From positions 3,208 through 67,207 of the forward strand of contig JAXEPX010000009.1 in assembly GCA_034117325.1 (NCBI GenBank): 64,000 nucleotides of DNA, read 5' to 3'. Shown piece after piece: positions 1 through 8,998 of this stretch. This DNA comes from Phascolarctobacterium sp. GTDB taxonomy: Bacteria; Bacillota; Negativicutes; Acidaminococcales; Acidaminococcaceae. Each line of letters begins with the position of its first letter. Within the stretch, counting starts at the first letter, position 1. The notes beneath the pieces are model-generated. The model was not told the DNA's origin, did not search any database, and was given only the letters and a program-made list of their open reading frames with translations. Both the position numbers and the translations under genes were made by a program.

Positions 1-1
1 C

Positions 2-934
2 GTTTCCGTCTTCCTGGGCACTGAGCTGACCGCAGTTCTGGAAGCAATCGCTGCTGATAAGGTTTACACCGGCAACCCGGCTGAATTCATGAAGATTAGT
101 GACGATACCATTCCGGCACTGGTTAAGGATAACACTGATAGAAACAGAACCTCCCCGTTCGCCTTTACTGGTAACAAATTCGAGTTCCGTATGCTGGGCT
201 CCATGTTCTCCATCTCCGGTCCGAACATCGTGCTGAACACTATCGTTGCTGAAGAACTGGATCAATTTGCTGATAAACTGGCAGATGCTCCGGATTTGGA
301 AGCAGCAGTATATGACCTGGTTAAAGAAACCTACCTGGCTCATAAACGTATCGTCTTCAATGGTAATGGTTATACCGATGAATGGGTTGCAGAAGCTGCT
401 AAACGTGGCCTGCTGAACCTGAAATCCACTCCGGAAGCTATTCCTTACCTGGGCGCTGAAAAGAACGTTAAGCTTTTTGCTAAGCATCATATCTTCACTG
501 AAGCTGAAGTTAAATCTCGTGTGGAAATCCTGCTGGAAAACTACAGCACTGTTATTTCCATCGAGGCTGCAACTGCTCTGGATATGTTCCACAAGGATAT
601 CCTGCCGAGCATAGCTGCTTACACTGAAGACCTGACCAAGGCTGCTTTAGCTAAGAAGGCTGCAGGCATTAGCGCAGGCTTCGAGGCTGAGCTGGCTGAT
701 AAGCTGAGCAAGCTGAGTGCAGAAATGTACGCTGCAAGCGTAAAACTGGACGCAGACCTGAAGGCTGCAGGCGAAATCGAATGCTCCAAGGAGCAAGCAA
801 TGTTCTACCATGATGCAGTTCTGGAGGATATGACCGCTCTGCGTGCTGCAGTAGATGCTGCTGAAGCTCTGACTGGTGGCAAGTACTTACCTTATCCGAC
901 GTATGGTGAGTTGCTCTTCGGTGTAAATGAGTAA
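2..934 (+). CDS. glnA: Glutamine synthetase type III, C-terminal part (begins before window)
   Basis: Frame open from position 2 (VSVFLGTELTAVLEAI...). DRNRTSPFAFTGNKFEFRM and the C-terminal PYPTYGELLF are GS III motifs. Confidence 0.93.
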   Translation, partial: VSVFLGTELTAVLEAIAADKVYTGNPAEFMKISDDTIPALVKDNTDRNRTSPFAFTGNKFEFRMLGSMFSISGPNIVLNTIVAEELDQFADKLADAPDLEAAVYDLVKETYLAHKRIVFNGNGYTDEWVAEAAKRGLLNLKSTPEAIPYLGAEKNVKLFAKHHIFTEAEVKSRVEILLENYSTVISIEAATALDMFHKDILPSIAAYTEDLTKAALAKKAAGISAGFEAELADKLSKLSAEMYAASVKLDADLKAAGEIECSKEQAMFYHDAVLEDMTALRAAVDAAEALTGGKYLPYPTYGELLFGVNE

Positions 935-939
935 TAAGT

Positions 940-1040
940 AAATCGCGTATAAGGCCGCATCTGCTTCCCTGTGACTCCTAGACGTGCTTCTAGTACGCCG
1001 TCGTCGTCACAGCTCGCATCTACAACCTTCTCCACGATTT
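940..1040 (+). repeat. Family-2 multi-stem palindromic 3' element, copy 1
   Basis: AAATCG...CGATTT outer stem with conserved TATAAG, CTTC, GTACGCC, CTCG and CTTCT motifs shared with 45119-45220 and 58139-58237. Confidence 0.8.
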
Positions 1041-1063
1041 AAAGATAATAAGAATATTATTTT

Positions 1064-1114
1064 AATACACAACGAGGTGTATTCCAGTAAAATGGGATAC
1101 ACCTCTTCTCTTTT
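1064..1114 (+). promoter_or_regulatory. Terminator overlapped by an alternative hexaloop hairpin (ANTAR-like attenuator) upstream of amtB
   Basis: Terminator stem GAGGTGTATTCC/GGGATACACCTC plus TTCTCTTTT. Competing hairpin AATACAC-AACGAG-GTGTATT at 1064-1083. Confidence 0.55.
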
Positions 1115-1224
1115 CCCAGACCATAAATACACTAAAGAGTGCCTGGAAAACAAAAACAACATGCCCTCGGGCATGAAGGATAGAGATTTAGAGATTTTCC
1201 GAAATTTTTGAGGGGTGATTTATA

Positions 1225-2895
1225 ATGGATAAATACGTATCTACAGATACTATATGGGTACTCATTGGTGCTTTCCTCGTTTTCTCCATGCAGCCCGGCT
1301 TTGCTATGGTAGAAACTGGTTTTACAAGAGCTAAGAATGCTGCGAATATCGTCATGAAAAACGTGATGGATATGAGTCTTGGCTCTATCGTGTTCTGGAT
1401 TTTAGGCTTCGGCCTGATGTTCGGTGAGGACGTAAGCGGCTTCATCGGTACTCCCGACTTTTTCGTTAAAGGTGACTACGGTGCAGCTTATCCGTCCAGC
1501 ACCTTCTTCATTTTCCAAACCATGTTCTGCGCAACTGCAGCTACCATCGTTTCCGGTGCTATGGCAGAGCGTACGAACTTCTTGGTTTACTGCATGTACA
1601 GCGTTTTAATTAGCGCTATCGTTTACCCCATCAGTGGTCACTGGATTTGGGGCGGCGGCTGGCTCGCAGAAATGGGCTTCCATGATTTTGCAGGCTCCAC
1701 TGCCGTACATATGGTAGGTGGCGTTGCTGCTCTGATTGGCGCAAAAATGATTGGCCCTCGTATTGGTAAATACAACGAGGACGGCAGCGTTAACGCAATC
1801 CCGGGCCACAGCATTCCGCTGGGTGCTCTCGGCGTCTTCCTCCTCTGGTTCGGTTGGTTCGGCTTCAACGGTGCTTCCACCGTCTGCGCAACTGGCGACG
1901 AAGCATTGATTTCCATGGGCGATATTTTCGTAACCACCAACATGGCAGCAGCTGCAGGTTCAACCGCAACCATGATTTACACCTGGGTTCGCTACGGTAA
2001 GCCTGATGTTTCCATGACCCTGAACGGCGTGCTGGCAGGTCTGGTAGCAATTACTGCAGGCTGCGATCTGGTAAGCCCGGCTGGCGCTTTAATCATTGGC
2101 CTCATCGCAGGCGTTGTCGTTGTAGTTTCCGTAGAATTCTTCGACCAAAAGATGAAGATTGATGACCCTGTAGGCGCTATCTCCGTACATGGTGTGTGCG
2201 GCGCTCTGGGTACCATTCTTACCGGCCTCTTCGCTACTAAAGATGGTCTGCTCTATGGCGCAGGCTCCGGCTTCCTGATGACTCAGATTTTGGGCGTGGT
2301 AGTTGTAGCCATCTACGTAGCAATCATGATGACCATCATCTTTGGTGTTCTCGATAAAATCTTTGGTCTGCGCGTAAGCGAAGAAGAAGAAATCAAGGGT
2401 CTGGATATGGAAGAGCATGGCCTGATGAGCAGCTATGCAGACTTCATGCCGACTGCAGAAGAAATCCCGACCGTTACCACTACCTATGTAGCTCCGGCTG
2501 CAGTAACCGCTCCGAGTGCTGAACCTACTGGCGAGCATCAGCTGAGCAAGGTTTGCATCATTACTTCTCAAAACCGTTTCGAAGCCCTCAAGGCTGCGCT
2601 GGATAAGCTGGGTATCACCGGTATGACCGTGACTAAGGTTCTGGGCTATGGCATCCAAAAGGGTCAAACCGAAATGTACCGTGGTGCTGAGGTTGCAGCT
2701 CACCTGCTGCCGAAGGTTAAGGTTGAGATGGTTGTCTCCGCTATTCCTGTAGCAGATGTTGTGAATACTGCTAAATCCGTACTGTATACTGGTAAATATG
2801 GCGATGGTAAGATCTTCGTTTACAACGTAGCTGACGTTGTGAAGATTCGTACCGGCGAAACCGGCTTCGACGCTTTGCAGGATAAACCAATGTGA
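1225..2895 (+). CDS. amtB: Ammonium transporter fused to a C-terminal P-II (GlnK/GlnB) domain
   Basis: Amt motifs (MQPGFAMVETG, DFAGSTAVH, WFGFNGAS, DDPVGAISVHG) followed by P-II motifs (GYGIQKG, EMYRGAE, GDGKIFV, RTGETG). Confidence 0.95.
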   Translation: MDKYVSTDTIWVLIGAFLVFSMQPGFAMVETGFTRAKNAANIVMKNVMDMSLGSIVFWILGFGLMFGEDVSGFIGTPDFFVKGDYGAAYPSSTFFIFQTMFCATAATIVSGAMAERTNFLVYCMYSVLISAIVYPISGHWIWGGGWLAEMGFHDFAGSTAVHMVGGVAALIGAKMIGPRIGKYNEDGSVNAIPGHSIPLGALGVFLLWFGWFGFNGASTVCATGDEALISMGDIFVTTNMAAAAGSTATMIYTWVRYGKPDVSMTLNGVLAGLVAITAGCDLVSPAGALIIGLIAGVVVVVSVEFFDQKMKIDDPVGAISVHGVCGALGTILTGLFATKDGLLYGAGSGFLMTQILGVVVVAIYVAIMMTIIFGVLDKIFGLRVSEEEEIKGLDMEEHGLMSSYADFMPTAEEIPTVTTTYVAPAAVTAPSAEPTGEHQLSKVCIITSQNRFEALKAALDKLGITGMTVTKVLGYGIQKGQTEMYRGAEVAAHLLPKVKVEMVVSAIPVADVVNTAKSVLYTGKYGDGKIFVYNVADVVKIRTGETGFDALQDKPM

Positions 2896-2989
2896 TGAGA
2901 ATATCACGAGGCTTGACGCAAGTATCGTTCGGAATAGCCAAAGTTCGCTCTTAAGATTGCTTCTCCCTAATTACTCCCTAATATAGCAG

Positions 2990-3034
2990 AAGACACTGAA
3001 ACCCTTGCTCCGTGCGGGGTTTTCAGTGTCTTTT
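2990..3034 (+). terminator. Rho-independent terminator after amtB
   Basis: AAGACACTGAAACCC...GGGGTTTTCAGTGTCTT followed by a T-run. Confidence 0.8.
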
Positions 3035-3158
3035 GCGTAAAAGCGTAAAGAAAACGTAAAGTTATTTCGGTGAAAAAATTCCGTCAAGTTTTTCGGCGTG
3101 CTCTTGTTTTGCTCTTGAAAATCAATTGAAATCTATAATGCATTATTCCGAATGAAAC

Positions 3159-3187
3159 TTGTATTATACGGAATGATATGCTATACT
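3159..3187 (+). promoter_or_regulatory. Sigma70-type promoter of the AAA-nuclease gene
   Basis: TTGTAT-17 nt-TATACT with extended -10 TG; RBS GGGAGG before ATG 3221. Confidence 0.65.
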
Positions 3188-3220
3188 GTATTTAAAGATA
3201 AAGGCTAGGGAGGTAGAGCT

Positions 3221-5179
3221 ATGAGCGCATATATGACTACTAGAGAAGCAGCTACGCTGTGGGGCATCTCCATGCGTCGCATTAATCTTTTGTGCCAGGA
3301 AGGGCGCATAGAGGGCGCCTACAAGGAGGGCAGGCAGTGGCTCTTGCCCAGTAATGCTAGTAAGCCACAGGATAAAAGGAAAAAGGTGGCTCCTGTGAGC
3401 ATTGTTTCTCCGTCCAAGCAGCCTAAAAAGGTTGTATATCCTACGGCTGATCAATATGTAGTGCCCATGAAGGTGAGCGAGGGCTTTATGCAATATTCCT
3501 GCCCTAAGCTTCCGTTGCCTATAGGTGTATCGGAGTATAGGTCTGTTTCTAGTGAGGGCTATTATGTTGATAAAACATTGTTTATTAGAGATATCCTAGA
3601 TATTCATAGAAAGGGTACTTATCTTTTCACTCGTCCGCGGCGTTTTGGTAAAACACTGAATATGGATATGCTGCGCACGTTTTTCGAAATCAGTGATGAG
3701 GATACTGCCCAGTATTTCCGCGATAAAAAAATCTGGGCTTGTGGCGAGCGCTATACCTCCGAGCAGGGTAAATATCCGGTTATTTTTCTTTCATTAAAAG
3801 ATATCAAAAACCTAACTTGGGAAGAAACATTATCGTTATTGTCTAATGTTATAAGCTCTGAGTTTGCTCGGCACAGGGAGCTAGAAACAAGCACAAAGAT
3901 TTCTCGTAGACAAATATATGATACCATCGTCAAGGGTAAGCCTACTGCAGCGGATTTAAGTACTAGCATCAAGGAGCTTTCGCGTATGCTGCACGAGCAT
4001 CATGGTGTACCGCCCATTATTTTGATTGATGAATATGATACGCCAATTATCGCTGGTTATTATAATGGATATTACGAGCAAGTGATTAATTTTATGCGTA
4101 CCTTCTACACCAGCTGTCTGAAGGACAATATACACATCAAATTTGCTGCCTTGACAGGTATCCTGCGTGTGGCGAAGGAGAGCATTTTTAGCGGACTCAA
4201 TAATTTAACCGATTTTTCAATTTTAGAAGATCGTTTTAGCGAATACTTTGGTTATACAGACGCTGAAGTGCGCACGATGGCGGAGTATTTTGAAGCTCCT
4301 CAGGAATATACGAATATCAAAAAATGGTACGATGGCTATCGCTTCGGAGAAACGGATATTTTTAATCCCTGGTCCATGAATAATTACTTTGATCGTGGCT
4401 ATAAGCCCCGTCCGTATTGGGTTAATACAAGCAGTAATGACATTATCAGTGAGCTTCTGGAATCTGTTGAGCAGAAGACTGCGGAGAAGCTAGAAGCGTT
4501 AATGCAGGGCAAAACTATTACTGCTCCTGTTGATACGGGTATTGTCTTTAGTGAGTTAAAGCAGGATCCCAACGCTATATTTAGCTTCCTGCTCTTTACC
4601 GGCTATTTAAAGGCAGTTTCTGTAACTGATGATTGGTTTGAAGGCATGCGCTGCGAGCTCGCTATTCCCAATATGGAGCTACGCTATGTCTATAATAAGG
4701 ATATTTTGACCAAGATTAGACGTAGACTGCAAGGCTTTGACTCCTATGACTTTATTAATGCAGTTGCGCAAATGGACGTGGAGAATATGCAGCGTTATCT
4801 TAATGACTACCTCATGCGCAGTGTTAGCTACTATGATGGCGCGCAGGAGAGTTTTTATCACGGACTCGTGCTGGGGCTTTGCGTGTTGTTCGGTAAATGC
4901 TATACTACTACCTCCAACCGTGAGGCGGGAACTGGGCGGTACGATATTCAGCTCATGCCGTTAGACAGTGCTTATCCTGGCATTATCCTCGAGATTAAAG
5001 CCTGCAAGGAGGCTGACGAGGAAGCCTTGGCTATGGTAGCGCAGCAGGCTCTTGAGCAGATAAACGAGCGCAATTATATCGCAGAGCTACGCGCGCGTAA
5101 TGTGAAGTCTATTTTAAAATATGGAGTTGCCTTCAGCGGTAAGCAGTCCCAGATACTGGCTGCCTGGGAGCGTTATTGA
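3221..5179 (+). CDS. N-terminal excisionase-like HTH + AAA-ATPase-like domain + C-terminal PD-(D/E)XK nuclease
   Basis: MTTREAATLWGIS...RI HTH; Walker A RPRRFGKTL; Walker B IILIDEYD; ESFYHG and SNREAGTGRYDI...ILEIK nuclease motif. Confidence 0.88.
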   Translation: MSAYMTTREAATLWGISMRRINLLCQEGRIEGAYKEGRQWLLPSNASKPQDKRKKVAPVSIVSPSKQPKKVVYPTADQYVVPMKVSEGFMQYSCPKLPLPIGVSEYRSVSSEGYYVDKTLFIRDILDIHRKGTYLFTRPRRFGKTLNMDMLRTFFEISDEDTAQYFRDKKIWACGERYTSEQGKYPVIFLSLKDIKNLTWEETLSLLSNVISSEFARHRELETSTKISRRQIYDTIVKGKPTAADLSTSIKELSRMLHEHHGVPPIILIDEYDTPIIAGYYNGYYEQVINFMRTFYTSCLKDNIHIKFAALTGILRVAKESIFSGLNNLTDFSILEDRFSEYFGYTDAEVRTMAEYFEAPQEYTNIKKWYDGYRFGETDIFNPWSMNNYFDRGYKPRPYWVNTSSNDIISELLESVEQKTAEKLEALMQGKTITAPVDTGIVFSELKQDPNAIFSFLLFTGYLKAVSVTDDWFEGMRCELAIPNMELRYVYNKDILTKIRRRLQGFDSYDFINAVAQMDVENMQRYLNDYLMRSVSYYDGAQESFYHGLVLGLCVLFGKCYTTTSNREAGTGRYDIQLMPLDSAYPGIILEIKACKEADEEALAMVAQQALEQINERNYIAELRARNVKSILKYGVAFSGKQSQILAAWERY

Positions 5180-5253
5180 TATACTCGCGCAGAGACTTTA
5201 GATACTTTGAGATTTAGCTTATTTAATGTTTGATTTGCAAATGAGGTGGAAAA

Positions 5254-5754
5254 ATGAATAAAAATATTGCATTATACAAGGCCATGGTAGAATATTTCGT
5301 AGGCGATGCACGGCGTTGCCAGCACTTTATCAAGGTGGCAAGCCTGGCAAAGGAAATCGCGCTGCTCGAGGGTGCGAGTCCCGAAATAGTGGAGCTTGTC
5401 GAGGCAGCTGGCTATGTGCATGACTGTGGTATTAAGGTGGGCGAGGCTAAATATGGCGCAGGGCACTGCACAGGCAAGATTCAAGAGGAGGAGGGGCCTA
5501 GTGTAGCGCGTGAGCTACTTACAAGCCTTGGCTATACCCCAGAAGTGATAGAGCGCATCGCTTATCTTGTAGGCCATCACCATACCTATACGCATATTGA
5601 TGGCCTCGACTACCAGATTCTCGTCGAGGCAGACTTTCTAGTTAATTTCTACGAGGATGGCGTGAGTAAGGAGGCTATCACTACCTGCGTAGCGAAGATT
5701 TTTCGCACTGCTAGCGGTATAGCGCTCGCGCAGAGCATGTTTGGGTTAAAGTAA
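5254..5754 (+). CDS. HD-domain metal-dependent phosphohydrolase
   Basis: H...HD...HH...D metal ligands (QHFIKV, YVHDCGIK, VGHHH, EADFLVN). Confidence 0.85.
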   Translation: MNKNIALYKAMVEYFVGDARRCQHFIKVASLAKEIALLEGASPEIVELVEAAGYVHDCGIKVGEAKYGAGHCTGKIQEEEGPSVARELLTSLGYTPEVIERIAYLVGHHHTYTHIDGLDYQILVEADFLVNFYEDGVSKEAITTCVAKIFRTASGIALAQSMFGLK

Positions 5755-5763
5755 AATAATGCA

Positions 5764-5810
5764 TAAAAAAGCTGACTACGTCCGTGCGAAAGACGTAGTC
5801 AGCTTTTTTG
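5764..5810. terminator. Bidirectional terminator, copy 1 of a ~46-bp direct repeat
   Basis: AAAAAAGCTGACTACGTC-CGTGCGAAA-GACGTAGTCAGCTTTTTT; two substitutions versus 11930-11975. Confidence 0.85.
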
Positions 5811-6104
5811 AGGAGAAAATGTGGTGCTTCATCCAAAGCCTGTGAAGCACTAAAATTGGTTATAGTTCCAAGGCTACCGCTCACAAATATGCTTTTGGAG
5901 GGGAAATACGGTCAAGGTCAAGGCTGCAAAATCAGGAAGGTTCGAAGGAAATGGAGCTTTATTAAGACTCCTAAAAATGGTTTCCATATACTTCGTGAGT
6001 TTTGGTTAGCGCTTGTTAACTACATGTATATTGTAGCATAGATTAACCGGGTTAGCAAGTGCTAATCTGAAAATTTTTTAGAAAAATGCTAGCAGTAGTT
6101 TAAG

Positions 6105-6133
6105 TTGAAGTTCAAATTTGAATTTGATATAAT
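6105..6133 (+). promoter_or_regulatory. Efflux operon promoter with a palindromic operator in the spacer
   Basis: TTGAAG-17-TATAAT with extended TG; perfect 12-bp palindrome TTCAAATTTGAA at 6111-6122. Confidence 0.7.
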
Positions 6134-6200
6134 GAGGCTGGAACTTTTCGCTCAATTTATTATAAATAGATAAGCTACGAAGAGGAAAGGATGGCGTAAA

Positions 6201-7178
6201 ATGGAGAAAAAGAAAATCGGGATAGCTCTTGCTGCTCTGCTAATAGCTGCTGGCGGCTGGTACTATAAGGTAAGCCACGAGGATAACGAGTTCAAGCTAT
6301 ATGGCAATATCGATATCCGTCAGGTAAGCCTCGCCTTTAATGCTAGCGAGCGCATTGCTAAGATGCATGTGGAGGAGGGCGCTAAGGTTACTAAAGGACA
6401 GGTACTGGCCGAATTAGAAACTACTCCCCTTAAACTTAATATTGCTAAGCTCGAGGCGCAGGTTGCAATGCAGCAGGCGCTCGTCGAGAAGCTGGAGAAT
6501 GGCAATCGCCCCGAGGAGATTGCGCAAGCTGACGCTGCCGTACGCGCTGCCGAAGCTGAATTCAATGATGCGCAAATTGATAAGCAGCGCCTGCAAAGCT
6601 TGTATTTAGAAAATGCCATTGCGAAAAAAAGCCTAGACAGTGCTGCTGCTCGCCTAGAGACTGCTGCTGCTAATCTGCGTTCTGCGCAGGAGGGACAGAA
6701 TTTGGCGCATATCGGCGCCCGCTCCGAGGATATTGCGGCTCAAAAGGCACAGCTCCGCGCATACGAGGAGGAGCTGAAGGTGCAAAAATATAATTTAAGC
6801 CAGACGACGCTCGTCGCACCTGTAGATGGCGTGATTCGCTCCCGCCTGCTGGAGCCTGGTGACATGGCTTCTGCGAATAAAGCAGTTTACCTGCTTTCTG
6901 CTAATGAGAAAAAATGGGCACGTGTTTATGTGCCGGAAAAACGGCTCGGATTGCTGAAGGAGGGCATGGCGGCAGAGGTATATAGTGATAGCTTCCCGGA
7001 TAAGCCGCTGCAGGGAAGCGTGGGCTATATTTCTGATACGGCTGAGTTTACGCCTAAATCCGTGCAAACGGAGGAGTTACGTACCGCCCTTCTTTACGAG
7101 GTGCGCGTCAATATCAATGATGAAAATAATGTGCTGCGTATGGGTATGCCCGTGACGGTACGTTTTCCCGACCTTTAA
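6201..7178 (+). CDS. HlyD-family efflux periplasmic adaptor (YbhG-like)
   Basis: N-terminal anchor, LYGNIDIRQV, coiled coil, APVDGVI, AEFTPKSVQTEELR. Confidence 0.9.
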   Translation: MEKKKIGIALAALLIAAGGWYYKVSHEDNEFKLYGNIDIRQVSLAFNASERIAKMHVEEGAKVTKGQVLAELETTPLKLNIAKLEAQVAMQQALVEKLENGNRPEEIAQADAAVRAAEAEFNDAQIDKQRLQSLYLENAIAKKSLDSAAARLETAAANLRSAQEGQNLAHIGARSEDIAAQKAQLRAYEEELKVQKYNLSQTTLVAPVDGVIRSRLLEPGDMASANKAVYLLSANEKKWARVYVPEKRLGLLKEGMAAEVYSDSFPDKPLQGSVGYISDTAEFTPKSVQTEELRTALLYEVRVNINDENNVLRMGMPVTVRFPDL

Positions 7179-7240
7179 GCTTACCTGCATAAAGCAAAGC
7201 TTTGACGCTAGGTTACAGTAGGTTTTAAGGATGGATACTT

Positions 7241-8998
7241 ATGAATAGAAAATTTATTATCAAGGCTACGGGTCTTTCGAAAAGCTTTGCTGCCAAGCAA
7301 GGCCGGGAAATAACCCAAGCCTTGGCTAAGGTGGATATTGAGGCATGCGAAGGCAGTATGACGGCTATTATCGGTCCTGATGGCGCTGGTAAAACTACCT
7401 TTATGCGCCTTGTCTGTGGCCTTTTGAGTCGCACCGAAGGCGAGCTGGAGGTACTGGGGCTGGACGTGCAAAAAAATAGCCAGCGCGTGCAGGAGCAGCT
7501 GGGTTACATGCCCCAACGCTTCGGCCTGTACGAGGATTTAAGCGTGCGCGAAAATATGGATCTCTATGCTGATTTACACGGTATAAGTAAGGAGCTGCGT
7601 GAGCAGCGCTTTGCTAAGCTGCTCGCTATGGCTGGGCTCACGCCCTTTCAGGAACGTCTGGCAGGTAAGCTTTCTGGTGGCATGAAGCAAAAGCTGGGCC
7701 TCGTCTGCACCCTCGTGCGCTCGCCGAAGCTCTTGTTGCTCGATGAGCCCACCGTGGGTGTCGACCCGCTATCACGTCGTGACCTGTGGCAAATTTTACA
7801 GCAGCTCGTGGCCGAGGAAAAGCTTACAGTGCTCGTGAGCACGGCCTATATGGAGGAGGCGGAGCTTTGTGAGCATGTCTATGTGCTGCATAAGGGGCGC
7901 GTACTCGCCCATGGTACGCCAGAGGAGCTACGCCAGCTAACGAGCGGGCAATGCTATAAAATGCAGCTGCCAGAGGGCAAGCCTGCACGGCTTTTGGGCG
8001 CAGCCTTATTAGAGGATCGCGAGCATGTGGTAGATGCGGTGCCCGATGGTGGTGCTGTACGCTTTGTTCTGAAGCAGGGTGCGCAGCTCGAGCAGCTTTT
8101 AGCTTATCGCTATTTAGGCCATTTGCATACGCAACGTGTACCCTCCCGCCTCGAGGATAGCTTCATGCTGCTTTTGCACGAGGCTGAGCAGGAGAATCAG
8201 GGCGTTAGCATTGCTGTTGATTATCAGCAGGGCGTTAAGCTGCACACCGAAAAGGATATTGAGGTAAAAAATCTCTTACGCAAATTCGGTGATTTCATTG
8301 CTGTTAATCGCACCAGCTTTGACGTGCATCGAGGCGAAATTTTTGGGCTATTAGGTCCTAATGGCGCCGGTAAAACCACTACCTTTCGCATGCTGTGCGG
8401 CCTTTTGCCGGCTAGTGATGGCGAGGCGCAGGTAGCAGGAATGAATATGCGCACGGCCAGAACGCAGGCGCGTGCTAATTTAGGCTATGTGGCGCAGAAG
8501 TTTTCTCTCTATAGCGACCTTAGTGTGGACGAAAATCTACGCTTTTTTGGCGGTGCCTATGGACTTTTTGGCAAAAAATTAGCAGAGCGGATGGAGAGTG
8601 TCAAAGGGCTTTTTGGCCTGACGCATTTGAGTGATGTGCAGGCGGGTAGCCTTCCTGGTGGCTATAAGCAGCGTCTCTCCATGGCCGTGGGATTGATTCA
8701 TGGGCCGCGCATTCTCTTTCTCGACGAGCCCACAAGTGGTATTGATCCCTTGGCGCGCAGAGAGTTCTGGCGCCAGATTACAGCGCTTGCCGCTAGCGGC
8801 ACGACGATTATCATTACCACGCACTTTATGGATGAGGCTGAGTATTGTGATCGCATGATGATTCAGGATGCAGGCACCTGCATTGCGATTGGCACGCCGC
8901 GAGAAATCCTGCGACAGGGAAAAGATGCCAGCACGATGAACGATGCCTTTATTGCCATTGTGGAGCAGGGTAGAAGCAAGGAGGCGCAGCATGCATGA
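7241..8998 (+). CDS. ABC transporter ATP-binding protein with two NBDs (YbhF-like)
   Basis: Walker A GPDGAGKT and GPNGAGKT; LSGGMKQK and LPGGYKQR signatures; two LDEPT. Confidence 0.93.
   Translation: MNRKFIIKATGLSKSFAAKQGREITQALAKVDIEACEGSMTAIIGPDGAGKTTFMRLVCGLLSRTEGELEVLGLDVQKNSQRVQEQLGYMPQRFGLYEDLSVRENMDLYADLHGISKELREQRFAKLLAMAGLTPFQERLAGKLSGGMKQKLGLVCTLVRSPKLLLLDEPTVGVDPLSRRDLWQILQQLVAEEKLTVLVSTAYMEEAELCEHVYVLHKGRVLAHGTPEELRQLTSGQCYKMQLPEGKPARLLGAALLEDREHVVDAVPDGGAVRFVLKQGAQLEQLLAYRYLGHLHTQRVPSRLEDSFMLLLHEAEQENQGVSIAVDYQQGVKLHTEKDIEVKNLLRKFGDFIAVNRTSFDVHRGEIFGLLGPNGAGKTTTFRMLCGLLPASDGEAQVAGMNMRTARTQARANLGYVAQKFSLYSDLSVDENLRFFGGAYGLFGKKLAERMESVKGLFGLTHLSDVQAGSLPGGYKQRLSMAVGLIHGPRILFLDEPTSGIDPLARREFWRQITALAASGTTIIITTHFMDEAEYCDRMMIQDAGTCIAIGTPREILRQGKDASTMNDAFIAIVEQGRSKEAQHA

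Noticed and set aside
984-1211. 75-aa ORF between glnA and amtB
   Set aside because: Overlaps a repeat and a terminator; no RBS or motif.
3221-3400. Excisionase-like HTH as evidence of a prophage or ICE
   Set aside because: It is fused to the ATPase-nuclease, and no integrase, att site or phage genes are present.
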